Below, piece by piece: positions 63,801 through 64,000 of a DNA stretch of 64,000 nucleotides. Under the pieces are notes generated by a model that saw nothing but the letters and a program-made list of their open reading frames with translations, ran no database searches and had not been told where the DNA came from. Source of the DNA: Hydrolagus colliei. Lineage: Eukaryota. The DNA is taken from positions 1,302,001-1,366,000 of the forward strand of contig CM068756.1 of the NCBI GenBank assembly GCA_035084275.1, written 5' to 3'. Made by a program: the position numbers and the translations under genes. How positions within the stretch are numbered: the stretch's first letter is position 1; each line of letters begins with the position of its first letter.

Positions 63801-64000
63801 GCCGCGGCCTTGAACAAATCAGCTGCAAATCACCCCCCCCCCCCCCACCCCCGCAACGAGTGCCCGCATGTGGGCACAGCGGAAACTGCATCGACTCGTG
63901 ACGTACAGCGGCAGCAAACTGACACCTGACGGACAGTTGCATCCACAGTGCTTTCTGCCTCTTTAAACAGAACGAAGCCTAGGTTCAATTCGAGCCTAGG

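Larger units (their letters stand above)
45185..64000 (-). other. ZFHX3: ZFHX3 intron upstream of the exon (>18.8 kb, extends beyond window)
   Basis: Ends in TTTTTTCCCCCTTGTTTGTTTTTTAG acceptor. No zinc-finger-encoding ORF on the minus strand in this interval. Confidence 0.8.

Noticed and set aside
1-64000. CRISPR array, operon or other prokaryotic/viral system
   Set aside because: No regularly spaced repeat-spacer array, no gene-dense ORFs, and no intact RT, transposase or viral ORF; the sequence is vertebrate intronic DNA.

Overview
Vertebrate nuclear DNA, almost entirely intronic. The only supportable coding sequence is one 232-nt exon on the minus strand (45184->44953) encoding a matrin/U1-type C2H2 zinc finger of ZFHX3 (ATBF1). 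It has canonical AG/GTAAGT splice sites and large introns on both sides; no neighbouring exon could be located in the window. The repeat content points to a cartilaginous fish, probably a holocephalan such as Callorhinchus milii (inference). It includes a dense tRNA-Ala-derived SINE with an L2-type tail, older Deu-domain SINEs, LF-SINE-like relics, L2 and CR1 fragments, (CA)n and poly-G/C tracts. Many repeat-free, homeodomain-motif-rich blocks are plausible conserved enhancers. I found no novel protein-coding system. The most interesting observations are: a 58-bp perfect dispersed duplication fused to a perfect 20-bp hairpin; one SINE copy that retains a full MIR-like CORE domain lost from its siblings; two LF-SINE-like relics; a Meis/Pbx-Hox motif cluster; two 50-nt candidate poison exons; and a CpG-rich ~65-nt hairpin. 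Repeat family names come from remembered consensus sequences and need confirmation by alignment.
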